A stretch of 41,957 nt of DNA from a virus. This document shows, piece after piece, positions 1 through 6,997 of this stretch (its first letter is position 1; each line of letters starts with the position of its first letter). Below the pieces are notes generated by a model. That model was not told the origin of the DNA. It saw only the letters and a program-made list of their open reading frames with translations, and made no database searches. The stretch lies in IMG/VR virus record IMGVR_UViG_3300045988_159394, positions 1-41,957 of that record; one strand, given 5' to 3'. The position numbers and the translations under genes were made by a program.

Positions 1-534
1 ACCTGGGAAGATATAGACTTCAAGAAGAATGTGGTCAAGGTATCAAAAACACTCTACAATCCGACGAATAACGCTGAAAAATATGAGCTTCTCCCTCCAA
101 AAACTGAAACGTCGGTCCGGGTCGTCACCATGCCGGCACACCTGGAAAAGGTACTGGCGGCATTCAAGTTCCAAGTCTCTAAACTCCGGATGGAATATAA
201 AGAGTTGTGGCACTATCCCAATGGCAGTAAACTGGGCTTCGTTTTTACGGCTCCGGCCCATCCTGGCCATCCTCTTACCCAGCGTCTCGTACAGACTCGT
301 ATAGACCGCATTCAGCGGCTTATGGATAATCCGGTGAGCCTTCACATACATCCTCACATTTTTCGTCATACCCATGCTTCCCTGCTGGCAGAGGCCGGGA
401 TAGACCTGGTACAAATCATGAAACGCTTAGGCCATGCCGACGATACGACGACACGACAGATATATCTGCACATCACAAAAACGCTGGCCACGGAAACGGC
501 AGAAAAGTTTGATGACCTGTTAAACAAAGCATAA
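1..534 (+). CDS. Tyrosine integrase, C-terminal part (in-frame continuation of the ORF that starts at 41194; about 392 aa in total across the circular junction)
   Basis: Position 1 is in frame with the ORF at 41194..41957 through the 119-nt terminal overlap. Catalytic boxes present: RIGEALAL, HIFRHTHASLL, LGH, RQIY. Stop TAA at 532-534. Confidence 0.9.
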   Translation, partial: TWEDIDFKKNVVKVSKTLYNPTNNAEKYELLPPKTETSVRVVTMPAHLEKVLAAFKFQVSKLRMEYKELWHYPNGSKLGFVFTAPAHPGHPLTQRLVQTRIDRIQRLMDNPVSLHIHPHIFRHTHASLLAEAGIDLVQIMKRLGHADDTTTRQIYLHITKTLATETAEKFDDLLNKA

Positions 535-542
535 AAATAAGC

Positions 543-578
543 CCCTTGCGATCGATTTCGCAAGAGGCTAATTTTTTG
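543..578 (+). terminator. Rho-independent terminator after the integrase
   Basis: Hairpin ccttgcga-tcgatt-tcgcaag followed by ATTTTTTGG. Confidence 0.5.
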
Positions 579-579
579 G

Positions 580-595
580 TTCTCGTTTTGTTCTC
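580..595 (+). repeat. Direct repeat copy 1 TTCTCGTTTTGTTCTC (GTTCT-triplet motif), candidate integrase arm-type site
   Basis: Near-identical 16-mer repeated at 797..812. Each is made of three GTTCTn units. Confidence 0.4.
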
Positions 596-796
596 TGAGC
601 ACGATTTTCAAGGCCTTACAAATGCCTTAACCATCGTATTTATGGCACTTTTAGAATTTTATTTACATCATGCCGGGCATTTTTTCATTGATTTTCGCCT
701 AATTTTTAGAGCATTAAGAAGCCCCATTTTATCATGATATTTCAGGCATTGAGTCCCTTCACTCCTTATCATTTACTTTTGGGTTTAAGTATTTTG

Positions 797-812
797 TTCT
801 CGTTCTGTTCTC
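797..812 (+). repeat. Direct repeat copy 2 TTCTCGTTCTGTTCTC
   Basis: 15/16 identity with 580..595; lies in the same non-coding region. Confidence 0.4.
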
Positions 813-841
813 CGGCCACATCAATAATTAAACAAAAAATT

Positions 842-882
842 CTCTATATTACATATATATAGAGTCTTTTATACGTATAAAA
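842..882. repeat. Two adjacent AT-rich perfect palindromes (CTCTATAT-n7-ATATAGAG and TTTTATACGTATAAAA), candidate attP core / IHF-like region
   Basis: Read directly: 8-bp arms around TACATAT at 842-864; 16-bp perfect palindrome at 867-882. Confidence 0.35.
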
Positions 883-985
883 TAAAAAGGTCAATAAAAA
901 AATAGCCCCTGGGGTCGGCGTTCCGCATACAATCGCGGTGCTTACTGCCAGAGGCTTCCACACATTACATATGCTTTTATATGAG

Positions 986-1270
986 TTATGCGTCGGTAGA
1001 TGCATTGCTCTTGCTCAGCACCAATTTTGCCAGCCAAATCGTGCCGTTGATTAACAGCGGCAGTACGAATTTATCACGAATAGCATTCCATCCAGTTTCA
1101 GATGCCGCCTGGGCCTGAATCTGTGTAACGAATTTGTCGGCAACAGCTTCGATTGCCGGCATGCCATCATTGATTAAACTGGCTGTCAGCTGGTCTTTTG
1201 CCGCTTCGGCCACTTCATTTACATCCAGTGCTGCTACTAACCCGTCGCGTACTTCTGTCCATTTGCTCAT
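986..1270 (-). CDS. Hypothetical protein (94 aa), last gene of the late operon
   Basis: ORF track 986..1294. Start placed at MSKWTEV, preceded by GGAGGA-8nt-ATG. Confidence 0.5.
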   Translation of the reverse strand: MSKWTEVRDGLVAALDVNEVAEAAKDQLTASLINDGMPAIEAVADKFVTQIQAQAASETGWNAIRDKFVLPLLINGTIWLAKLVLSKSNASTDA

Positions 1271-1375
1271 GATTTCATTCCTCCATAAAAACAATAATAC
1301 AATACATCATAGTATGTTAAATACCGAGATAGTCACCACCTTTCGACGCGAAAGATACCTGATCACCTCCCAGTA

Positions 1376-1933
1376 TTAACATAAACTGCACTGATAATCT
1401 GTAACGCCTCTTGCAATGGCTGCAGCTAAATCATCCGACCGGGTAGCCAGCAGATCTGCATCATCGTCATTGTCAATAAACGCCGTCTCTACGAGTACTG
1501 CAGGCATATCCGTATGTTTGAGCACGATAAGCTGGGGCATCTCTTTGACGCCACGGTCTACCGTGCCCAGGGCATTTACAATCTGGCGCTGGATGAAGAC
1601 GGCCAGTGCCCCACCATCAGACAGACGTTTATAGCATTCGACTTCCGTACCCTGCGCCAATGTGTTGGCTGCATTGCAGTGGATGCTCACGAAAACGTCT
1701 GCTCCCCAGTCGTTGGCATCTGCGCAAACAGCAACGGGACGGTCGCTGTGGTCACTGTCATAGTAAAGATTATCGGACTGTAAGAGCCGGCATTCGCATC
1801 CAGCCGCTTCGAGGTATTCCTTTACTCTATTGCCGATTTTGGCGGCCACATCACACTCACGCAGTCCAGTATCCGGGTTAACTGCGCCGCTGTCGTACGT
1901 TAAATCGTGCCCAGGATTAATGTAAACTTTCAT
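1376..1933 (-). CDS. N-acetylmuramoyl-L-alanine amidase endolysin (Amidase_3 family)
   Basis: Motifs INPGHD...DSGAV, DVFVSIHCNA, VLVETAFIDN. Directly downstream of the holin with a 4-nt overlap. Confidence 0.8.
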   Translation of the reverse strand: MKVYINPGHDLTYDSGAVNPDTGLRECDVAAKIGNRVKEYLEAAGCECRLLQSDNLYYDSDHSDRPVAVCADANDWGADVFVSIHCNAANTLAQGTEVECYKRLSDGGALAVFIQRQIVNALGTVDRGVKEMPQLIVLKHTDMPAVLVETAFIDNDDDADLLATRSDDLAAAIARGVTDYQCSLC

Positions 1934-2379
1934 TTCTGCACCTTCCTTTCGTTCTTATCGGTTAGTTGCTCTAATGTGTTTTTGAGTTTATCTGGAATCG
2001 GGAGCCCTGCTTTAGCTGCATTCTCTACGATAGATAGGCCTTCGTTTCCTAGGAAAAACCATACTACTAATGACTGCACTGCCGGCTGGCCTGTAGCCCT
2101 GTCCAACGCATGTGCCAAGGCAACTAAGAGCAGAATGACTATTTTTTTGCAGATTCCCTTAAAGCCTTTTTGACTATTCAATGCCAAATTAGGGTTAATA
2201 TAGGCAGCCATGATGCCGGTTATGTAATCGATGGCCATCGCTACAAGTAAAGCTTCGATTACATCGTTCCAGCCAATTAAATATGAAAACGCAGTGCCGA
2301 TACAAGATATGGCAGTACCCCATCCGATTTGATGGCCGGACGGGGCGATCTCGTGAAAAAAAGCAAGTAGCGTGTTCAT
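1930..2379 (-). CDS. Holin (phage_holin_4_1 / TcdE-like family)
   Basis: DYITGIMAA, KKIVILLLVA and FLGNEGLSIVENAAKAGLPIP signature; hydrophobic segments; position before the amidase. Confidence 0.8.
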   Translation of the reverse strand: MNTLLAFFHEIAPSGHQIGWGTAISCIGTAFSYLIGWNDVIEALLVAMAIDYITGIMAAYINPNLALNSQKGFKGICKKIVILLLVALAHALDRATGQPAVQSLVVWFFLGNEGLSIVENAAKAGLPIPDKLKNTLEQLTDKNERKVQK

Positions 2380-2528
2380 TATGATTCACCACCATTTGCT
2401 TTTGTTGTTTCCTTGTTTTCGTTCTGTTCTTCTTCCGTATAGTTCACACATTTCGGGTTCTGACATGTGCCATCATCCCTCAACGGATGGGCACAGAATT
2501 TGCATCTTTTCTTTAATTTAAAAGCCAT
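2379..2528 (-). CDS. Small Cys4 zinc-ribbon protein (49 aa; XkdX-position small protein, absent from the ORF track)
   Basis: Translated by hand: MAFKLKKRCKFCAHPLRDDGTCQNPKCVNYTEEEQNENKETTKANGGES. RBS GAAGGGAG-9nt-ATG. TAATG overlaps with both neighbouring genes. Confidence 0.55.
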   Translation of the reverse strand: MAFKLKKRCKFCAHPLRDDGTCQNPKCVNYTEEEQNENKETTKANGGES

Positions 2529-3013
2529 TATTTATCACTCCCTTCTGTCGCCGCTGTAAGTTCAGCAGTGATAGCATCACTTTGCTCTTTGTAATATGCG
2601 TTCAAGTCCGAGTATTCGCTTTGAATGCCGGCAGCAGTATCAGTATCGCCGTTTAGATTTGCGACAAGCAGCGATTGCCCTAATTCTTGTTGTGCTGATG
2701 TATATTCTGCCTCAAGCGCCGCCTGCTTACTCGTTGCGATTTCTTCAGCGGTTGGTTCTGGCGGAACGTATTCTACTGGTTTTCCTGTATTTGTATCCCT
2801 TACATGCCCATTTAAATATTGAATGAAATCATCTGCCGTGATAATTTCAGCAATGGCAACATCTTTCGAGGTTGCTTTGACCTTATCAAGCAATTCTGCT
2901 TTTTTGCCCGTATTTTTTTCTTTATCCGGATTGAAATCACAAATCAAGCTGCACACTCTTTTGCCATCTTTGTCAAAACCTGCAGCGTAGTAATCGACAT
3001 TTGTACCTGTCAT
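2528..3013 (-). CDS. Hypothetical phage protein (XkdW-position, 161 aa)
   Basis: ORF track; position between the fibre region and the XkdX-like small gene in a PBSX-like layout. Confidence 0.5.
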   Translation of the reverse strand: MTGTNVDYYAAGFDKDGKRVCSLICDFNPDKEKNTGKKAELLDKVKATSKDVAIAEIITADDFIQYLNGHVRDTNTGKPVEYVPPEPTAEEIATSKQAALEAEYTSAQQELGQSLLVANLNGDTDTAAGIQSEYSDLNAYYKEQSDAITAELTAATEGSDK

Positions 3014-3031
3014 CTTTCTACCTACCCCTTT

Positions 3032-4135
3032 CTAAATTAAGTTAATGGTATAGATAAGTTCAGCCAGCGTTTTATGCGTGTACACCCGCTTTGTTATGCC
3101 GTCCTGCTGATGCCCCAATATCATTTTCACGCATACGTCATTAGCTCCGGCAGAATTTAACAGGCTGGCACATGTATGCCTTGTCTCATGCAAGGTATGC
3201 ACCAGCCCAAGCCGTTTTAGCGCTTTTTCGTACCGCTCGTGATAAGATGTATAGCTGTACTTTTTTCCGGCCCGGTTAAGCACAAATATGTTTTTATCCT
3301 GGCAACGTGTCTCCCAGAATGGCAAAACTTTTTCGGCAATCGGAACGTGACGGTTCCTGCCCGCAGCCGTTTTGCTATCCCGTACTAGAAACCATCGTTC
3401 CGGAAGATGCACGTCCACAACCTTTAGCGCCAGTAGCTCGCCAATACGGACGCCGCAGTAAATCAACATAAGGATTTCCTGAATAGCCTCATCGTCCGTA
3501 TGCCCCCAGAGAAGGTCGATTTCTTCACGGCTATACGGCCGCTTCTTGTATACCGGGATGTTCTTCCCCAGTTCTAAGTACTGTGCGTAATTTTTATCTA
3601 CGATATCAGTCTTGCAAGCGTACTCATACAGCTGATATAGCAGTGTTTTGACTTTCTTCTGGCTGGAATATGACAATCCTTTTTCTCGTACTTTGTCCAT
3701 CACCGCCTGGATTTGCTTATATCGAACATCGATGAAAGACATCCTCCAGAGGTCTGAGCAATACGCATAAGCTGACTCATAACTTGTTTTTGAACTACTG
3801 CCGATCATGGGCCATTTTTCCTGTTTCCATTCGTGATACAGCTCTTCGAATGTCGGGCCGTCGGCTTTCGACCGAACAAACTTGCCACCGTTGAGCTTAA
3901 GCAGATACCTGAACGCCTCCTCCCGTGTTTCAAAACTGCCGAGATATTTCTGCCTGCCTTCAATACTTTTGCATATCGCATATGGTTTGCGGCGGTTGCC
4001 ACCCATTTTGCGAATGCATCCAAACCCGTTAGGCAACCGCATAGCCTCACCTCCTTTTATAATTTCTTCCGCGACCATCGTAAGGTCGTCAATAATGCTA
4101 CTAATTTCGGTGCATACGATTTTCCAATTTTCCAT
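3032..4135 (-). CDS. Second tyrosine recombinase (lambda-Int-like, with an AP2-like arm-binding N-domain), nested between the lysis and tail-fibre genes
   Basis: N-terminal RLPNGFGCIRKMGGNRRKPYA...GSFETREEAFRYL (Integrase_AP2-like). Catalytic GVRIGELLAL, HETRHTCASLL, ILGH, RVYTH. RBS GGAGG-10nt-ATG; an alternative GTG start at 4141. Confidence 0.85.
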   Translation of the reverse strand: MENWKIVCTEISSIIDDLTMVAEEIIKGGEAMRLPNGFGCIRKMGGNRRKPYAICKSIEGRQKYLGSFETREEAFRYLLKLNGGKFVRSKADGPTFEELYHEWKQEKWPMIGSSSKTSYESAYAYCSDLWRMSFIDVRYKQIQAVMDKVREKGLSYSSQKKVKTLLYQLYEYACKTDIVDKNYAQYLELGKNIPVYKKRPYSREEIDLLWGHTDDEAIQEILMLIYCGVRIGELLALKVVDVHLPERWFLVRDSKTAAGRNRHVPIAEKVLPFWETRCQDKNIFVLNRAGKKYSYTSYHERYEKALKRLGLVHTLHETRHTCASLLNSAGANDVCVKMILGHQQDGITKRVYTHKTLAELIYTINLI

Positions 4136-4159
4136 AGCCACTAAGCCTCCTTCGTGGCT

Positions 4160-4394
4160 ATGCTACATCAAAAATTTTAGACAGTGGGCAAATGTAACAG
4201 CAAAGACGACGCCAACGGAAATTTCTTTACCTTTAGCCGCAACATACCTGAAGTCTGTCGGCGGCATCCAAAATGGCCCTATTACCGGGATAACCTTCTC
4301 CGTTTATTACTCTGACTCGAAGCTCTGGGCAGTATCCAGTAACTCAGATCCGGGAGCAAACATCAATGTCATAGTGATTTGCGTTAAGGCTTAA
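4160..4394 (+). pseudogene. Start-less, inverted paralogue of the 99-aa fibre-tip gene (silent cassette). It begins with a degenerate copy of the fibre 5' end.
   Basis: Plus-strand frame open to TAA at 4392-4394 with no usable start. ...KSVGGIQNGPITGITFSV... aligns with TSGGVYDAINNGITISV of the 99-aa protein. ATGCTACATCAAAAATTTTAGAC at about 4160 resembles ATGGCTACTAAATTTTTAGAT, the 5' end of 5097..5396. Confidence 0.45.
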
Positions 4395-4410
4395 ACAGTG
4401 GGGAAGATGC

Positions 4411-4611
4411 ATGAGCGAAACATTTAACGGATATTCCATTGCTTTTAATACGGAACCCATCGTAATAGGGGTGCATTACGGTACACAGACAGATGTTAAC
4501 GTCGTAGCATCAAGCGCATTGGGTACAAGCGGGCTTTTAAATTGCTATTTTTTCCACGCTAATCATGATTCTGATAAGGTATCAGTAAACTGGATAGCAA
4601 TAGGTCTATAG
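4411..4611 (+). CDS. 66-aa protein, truncated paralogue of the C-terminus of the 161-aa protein; ends ...NWIAIGL
   Basis: ORF track. The C-terminus HANHDSDKVSVNWIAIGL matches GSNSDDSMDAYWIAIGL of 4606..5091. Weak RBS. Confidence 0.45.
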   Translation: MSETFNGYSIAFNTEPIVIGVHYGTQTDVNVVASSALGTSGLLNCYFFHANHDSDKVSVNWIAIGL

Positions 4612-4627
4612 GCCAATAGCTATCCAG
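4590..4627. repeat. 38-bp imperfect palindrome with two abutting TAG stops at its centre (CTA|TAG), shared by the two convergent ORFs
   Basis: ctggatagcaataggtcta|taggccaatagctatccag. The 9-bp outer arms are perfect; 16/19 positions match overall. Confidence 0.8.
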
Positions 4628-5091
4628 TATGCATCCATGCTATCATCACTATTACTCCCGACATCGAGCGTAAAGCCCCCTAACGTGTCATTTTCCCTGG
4701 GCTTGGATTCATAAAATGCTGTTCCTTGGTGATTTGTAATAATTACTCGATACGAGGTAAACATTATTGGGAACGATACCCATCCATGAGTGCTATTTCC
4801 CCACTGTATAATTAGGCCGCCAAAAAGTGAACCAAAGCAAAGATATCCACTCGTACCAGTCAGGTATTTTACTCCGGTCGCATCCAGTACCAGCTTTACG
4901 ATTTTAGCCGCAAAAGAATCAGATGACAGTGTGCTGATCAGGCTGCCGAGCGTCGTGCTGGCCAGGGTATTCACGATGCCCTGGTTCCAGTCCGTGACCT
5001 GAGCTACTTCGGTTTCCGGATGAATGGTATCATACGATTTTGTCGTTTTATTCCAGTGATGTAAAATGCCTTTTAAAATGCTCATTTTCAT
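4606..5091 (-). CDS. 161-aa protein downstream of the 99-aa fibre paralogue (candidate fibre-tip partner or assembly chaperone); ends ...YWIAIGL
   Basis: ORF track. The likely real start is the second ATG (5083-5085), which has AGGAGGA 7 nt upstream. Confidence 0.6.
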   Translation of the reverse strand: MKMSILKGILHHWNKTTKSYDTIHPETEVAQVTDWNQGIVNTLASTTLGSLISTLSSDSFAAKIVKLVLDATGVKYLTGTSGYLCFGSLFGGLIIQWGNSTHGWVSFPIMFTSYRVIITNHQGTAFYESKPRENDTLGGFTLDVGSNSDDSMDAYWIAIGL

Positions 5092-5096
5092 TCCTC

Positions 5097-5396
5097 CTAT
5101 TCGCTGACTTCAAGCCAAAGTGTGTTCTGGTCGGTCGGCTCTGTGCCGCCGACGTACAAATCTTCTGTCGGCACTTCTATCCATGTGCTGGATCCAGCAG
5201 ATGCTTCGACGCTTATCGTGATGCCGTTATTAATCGCATCGTATACACCGCCGCTGGTGACGGGGTTGGTACTGCCAGACGTGGGCTTGCTGTCGAACGT
5301 CAATTTATCCTGCTTTGCCGCAATCAGTGTCTTAATCTTACTGACTGCATATTTCAGCCCGGCCGCATCTAAAAATTTAGTAGCCATTTCCCTCAC
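5097..5396 (-). CDS. Short tail-fibre paralogue (99 aa) sharing the N-terminus MATKFLDxxGLKY with the 312-aa fibre
   Basis: MATKFLDAAGLKY versus MATKFLDLDGLKY. The 5' DNA ATGGCTACTAAATTTTTAGAT matches the 312-aa gene's ATGGCAACGAAATTCTTAGAT. Confidence 0.65.
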   Translation of the reverse strand: MREMATKFLDAAGLKYAVSKIKTLIAAKQDKLTFDSKPTSGSTNPVTSGGVYDAINNGITISVEASAGSSTWIEVPTEDLYVGGTEPTDQNTLWLEVSE

Positions 5397-5399
5397 CGC

Positions 5400-6338
5400 C
5401 TAAGCAAAGCATGTATCAATTTCAGTCTGACTCAGCGCCGAGTAGGTGACTATGCTGGATGAATTTGCCGGCGTATATCCGAGGGCTGCTGTGACATTAG
5501 CTGACGTCAGCGAGACGACGCCGGACGACACGGTAATGTTGCTTCCAATTTTCACCCCCCCTAAAACGCTGGAAGTAGCTGCCGGCAATGTGTAGTTACT
5601 GAGCCCGGCCAGCTTATTTTTTTCGGCCGTCGTGTAGTCATTCGTGCTGAGTCCTTTGCCACTGACTTTCTTGACGTAAGTCGTCGAAATCGTGTTGCCA
5701 TCGCCATCACGGACGGCTTTATCGGCAGTGCTAACGGCGTCGTTGAGCAGGACATAGGCGGTTCCAGTCCATCTGTATACGTCCTTATCCGTACCACCGA
5801 TATCCAGATATAATGTGTTTTCTGCTCCGGTGATTTCTGTTGTATGAGCTGCTTCTTTGTAAAATTTTCCGCCGCTGTAATAGCCTTCAACCGCCTGTCC
5901 AATGTCACCTGGTATATACTGCGTCGGGATTTTGCCGTCAGATCCGAGCGGGGCAACGCCGTTTGCCGTACCGATGAGCGATGTAGCGATACGTGCTGTG
6001 CTATCCGTAGCGTGAATAGTAATGTTTGCCGAGCCATCAAAACTAACCCCGTTGATAGTCCGTGCTGTTGCCAGCTTTGCCGCCGTATCGGCTGCACCGG
6101 CAGTCGATGCTTTTGCGCCGATTCCAAGGTAGGTTTTTGCCGCATCTGTTTTAGTCAAATAGATACTCGTTGCATCGGTTTTACTCAACTTCGTATTATC
6201 ATTAATCGTGATACCCGTTTTATTGAGTGCGACGCCGTTAATTGTAATGCCCTGGGGTACATATTTTCCGTCGTTCGCCGCATCCATTTTATTTTTAAAA
6301 TATTTCAGGCCGTCGAGATCTAAGAATTTCGTTGCCAT
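5400..6338 (-). CDS. Tail fibre protein (312 aa) with KGLSTNDYT-type repeat
   Basis: Repeats LSKTDATSIYLTKTDAAKTYL and GLSTNDYTTAEKNKL typical of Firmicute prophage fibres; located in the tail module. Confidence 0.7.
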   Translation of the reverse strand: MATKFLDLDGLKYFKNKMDAANDGKYVPQGITINGVALNKTGITINDNTKLSKTDATSIYLTKTDAAKTYLGIGAKASTAGAADTAAKLATARTINGVSFDGSANITIHATDSTARIATSLIGTANGVAPLGSDGKIPTQYIPGDIGQAVEGYYSGGKFYKEAAHTTEITGAENTLYLDIGGTDKDVYRWTGTAYVLLNDAVSTADKAVRDGDGNTISTTYVKKVSGKGLSTNDYTTAEKNKLAGLSNYTLPAATSSVLGGVKIGSNITVSSGVVSLTSANVTAALGYTPANSSSIVTYSALSQTEIDTCFA

Positions 6339-6347
6339 ATTTTCCTC

Positions 6348-6656
6348 CTAAAAAATCGCATCAATATCCATATTTAAGATTGTATCTGCCAATGCGTCTT
6401 TTCCAGCCGGCCCTTGTGGGCCGACTGGTCCTTGTGGCCCAGTATCTCCCTTCGGACCTTTTATATCCACCGGGGCTGGATTATCCCGGCCGCCGTCATT
6501 GGTCCAAGATAATATGCCGTCATCCGTGATGTGTGGCGTATAGACTGTCCCTTTAGCCCCGGCCATGCCTACACCTACGGTTAGGGTATTCCCAGCGCTC
6601 AGACAAGCGGACAACGCAGGCGACCGTGCTGTAAGCACAGCCTGTAGTTTATTCAT
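6348..6656 (-). CDS. Collagen-like (G-X-Y) repeat protein, about 102 aa
   Basis: GPKGDTGPQGPVGPQGPAGK. Start placed at MNKLQ, preceded by AGGAGGTGG. The ORF track's longer frame is 6348..6830. Confidence 0.6.
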   Translation of the reverse strand: MNKLQAVLTARSPALSACLSAGNTLTVGVGMAGAKGTVYTPHITDDGILSWTNDGGRDNPAPVDIKGPKGDTGPQGPVGPQGPAGKDALADTILNMDIDAIF

Positions 6657-6667
6657 GATGCCACCTC

Positions 6668-6985
6668 CTACGTCGTCGTGACATCCGGCAGCATATGGAA
6701 CTTGCCCGGGCCTATTGTCTGATGCGCCCCATCGGCCAACGTCAGTTGTACATCCCATACATAATCGCCATATGCCTGGCCCTGAGTCTTTTCGTGCGTC
6801 AAATCTACGACGGACCCGTCCATCGGACATTGCAGGACGTAGTCGGTATCGTCATAGGTACGCTTGACAGAGAAGACGCCGGTATACCCAGTGATGGCTG
6901 TACCGTCCGCCTGCACCGGTTGGATAGTAAAACTGTCATCGTCACCGCGTACGTAGTAGATGTCCATGCCTCTAATTTTCAGCAT
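6668..6985 (-). CDS. Hypothetical tail protein (105 aa)
   Basis: ORF track; operon position. Confidence 0.5.
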   Translation of the reverse strand: MLKIRGMDIYYVRGDDDSFTIQPVQADGTAITGYTGVFSVKRTYDDTDYVLQCPMDGSVVDLTHEKTQGQAYGDYVWDVQLTLADGAHQTIGPGKFHMLPDVTTT

Positions 6986-6997
6986 TGTATCACCTCG

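Larger units (their letters stand above)
535..985. other. Putative attP / integration-control region (AT-rich, non-coding, between int and the late-operon end)
   Basis: 450 bp non-coding stretch directly 3' of int. Contains direct repeats and AT-rich palindromes. No tRNA-like 3' end recognised. Confidence 0.4.

Noticed and set aside
1300-1375. Small hairpin CTTTCG-acg-CGAAAG between the amidase gene and the last late gene
   Set aside because: Short stem with no U-tract, so not convincing as a terminator or regulatory element.
2416-2431. Third copy of the TCGTTCTGTTCT attP-arm motif
   Set aside because: It lies within the coding sequence of the small Cys4 ORF (codons for EQNENKE). An 11-12-mer match is plausible by chance in 42 kb, so it is not called an arm site.
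3882-4141. Plus-strand 170-aa ORF 3882..4394 as one gene
   Set aside because: Its first 260 nt are antisense to the recombinase gene and lack a start context. Only the part beyond 4142 shows homology to the fibre-tip gene, and it is treated there as a start-less cassette.
4590-4627. 38-bp palindrome read as a simple rho-independent terminator
   Set aside because: No U-tract on either strand, and the stem is AT-rich with internal mismatches. Kept as a repeat or candidate protein-binding site instead.
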